Shown here: positions 63,593 to 64,000 of the stretch, piece after piece
How positions within the stretch are numbered: position 1 is the first letter of the stretch
Layout: each line of letters starts with the position of its first letter
Assembly (NCBI GenBank): GCA_963739455.1
Contig: CAVUAK010000001.1
Location: 1,760,001-1,824,000, forward strand
Direction: 5' to 3'
From: an uncultured Gemmatimonadales bacterium
Lineage (GTDB): Bacteria; Gemmatimonadota; Gemmatimonadetes; Gemmatimonadales; GWC2-71-9
DNA: 64,000 nt
Position numbers and translations under genes: made by a program
The notes under the pieces: generated by a model
What the model was told of the DNA's origin: nothing
What the model saw: only the letters and a program-made list of their open reading frames with translations
Databases searched by the model: none

Positions 63593-64000
63593 GCGCTCCG
63601 GGGATCGAGGGCCTCGCGCAGCGCGTCGCCGACCAGGTTCACGGACAGCACGGTCAGCACGATGACCAGGCCGGGAAAGATGCTCGTCCACGGCGCCGTG
63701 ACGAAGACGGCGCGGCTGTCGAGGACCATCCCGCCGAGCGACGGCGTCGGTGGACGGATGCCGAGGCCAAGATACGTGAGGCCGGCTTCCAGCAGGATGA
63801 CGTCACCCACGCCGAGTGTGCCGGCCACGAGGATCGGCGCCGCGACATTCGGCAGCAGGTGACGAAGCGCGATCCGGAGCCTGCCGGCGCCGAGCGCCTC
63901 GGCCGCGCGCACGAAGTCCTCGCCCCTGAGGCGAACGGTCTCGGCGCGCACGAGCCGGCTCGTCCCGTACCATCCGGTCAGTGCCAGCAGCAGCACGAGC
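63589..64000 (-). CDS. Peptide ABC transporter permease (DppC/OppC-like), C-terminal part
   Basis: [40 protein letters not shown]. Confidence 0.92.
   Translation of the reverse strand, partial: LVLLLALTGWYGTSRLVRAETVRLRGEDFVRAAEALGAGRLRIALRHLLPNVAAPILVAGTLGVGDVILLEAGLTYLGLGIRPPTPSLGGMVLDSRAVFVTAPWTSIFPGLVIVLTVLSVNLVGDALREALDPRSA

Overview
High-GC bacterial chromosomal window with about 65 CDS and no rRNA, tRNA, CRISPR array or mobile element. Gene content suggests Gemmatimonadota (inference). About 30 genes, including essential ones (dnaE, pdhABC, lpdA), carry single-base frameshifts best explained as assembly indels, so many coordinates are reconstructed. Housekeeping blocks are hisIE-dnaE-accA-ricT-metG, lipA-pdhABC-lpdA-lipB, cydAB, mscL and a dpp ABC operon with RidA, PhzF, CsaA and DppA. 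The best candidate for an undescribed system is at 23-32 kb. It is a tightly packed operon (two DUF4331 proteins, TPR protein, DUF6702, SigK-like ECF sigma, RskA-like anti-sigma, DUF1684, TlpA) divergent from a His-motif TonB-dependent receptor. Back-to-back CATCC-N16/17-CGTA promoter-like motifs separate the two units, and a similar motif precedes a distant exported single-Cys MsrA. Other signals are twin 28-bp palindromes over the promoter of a CGNR zinc-finger gene, a symmetric leaderless bidirectional sigma70 promoter, a repeated operator-like motif around a winged-HTH/DUF4153 locus, and three families of dispersed 7-8 bp tandem repeats.
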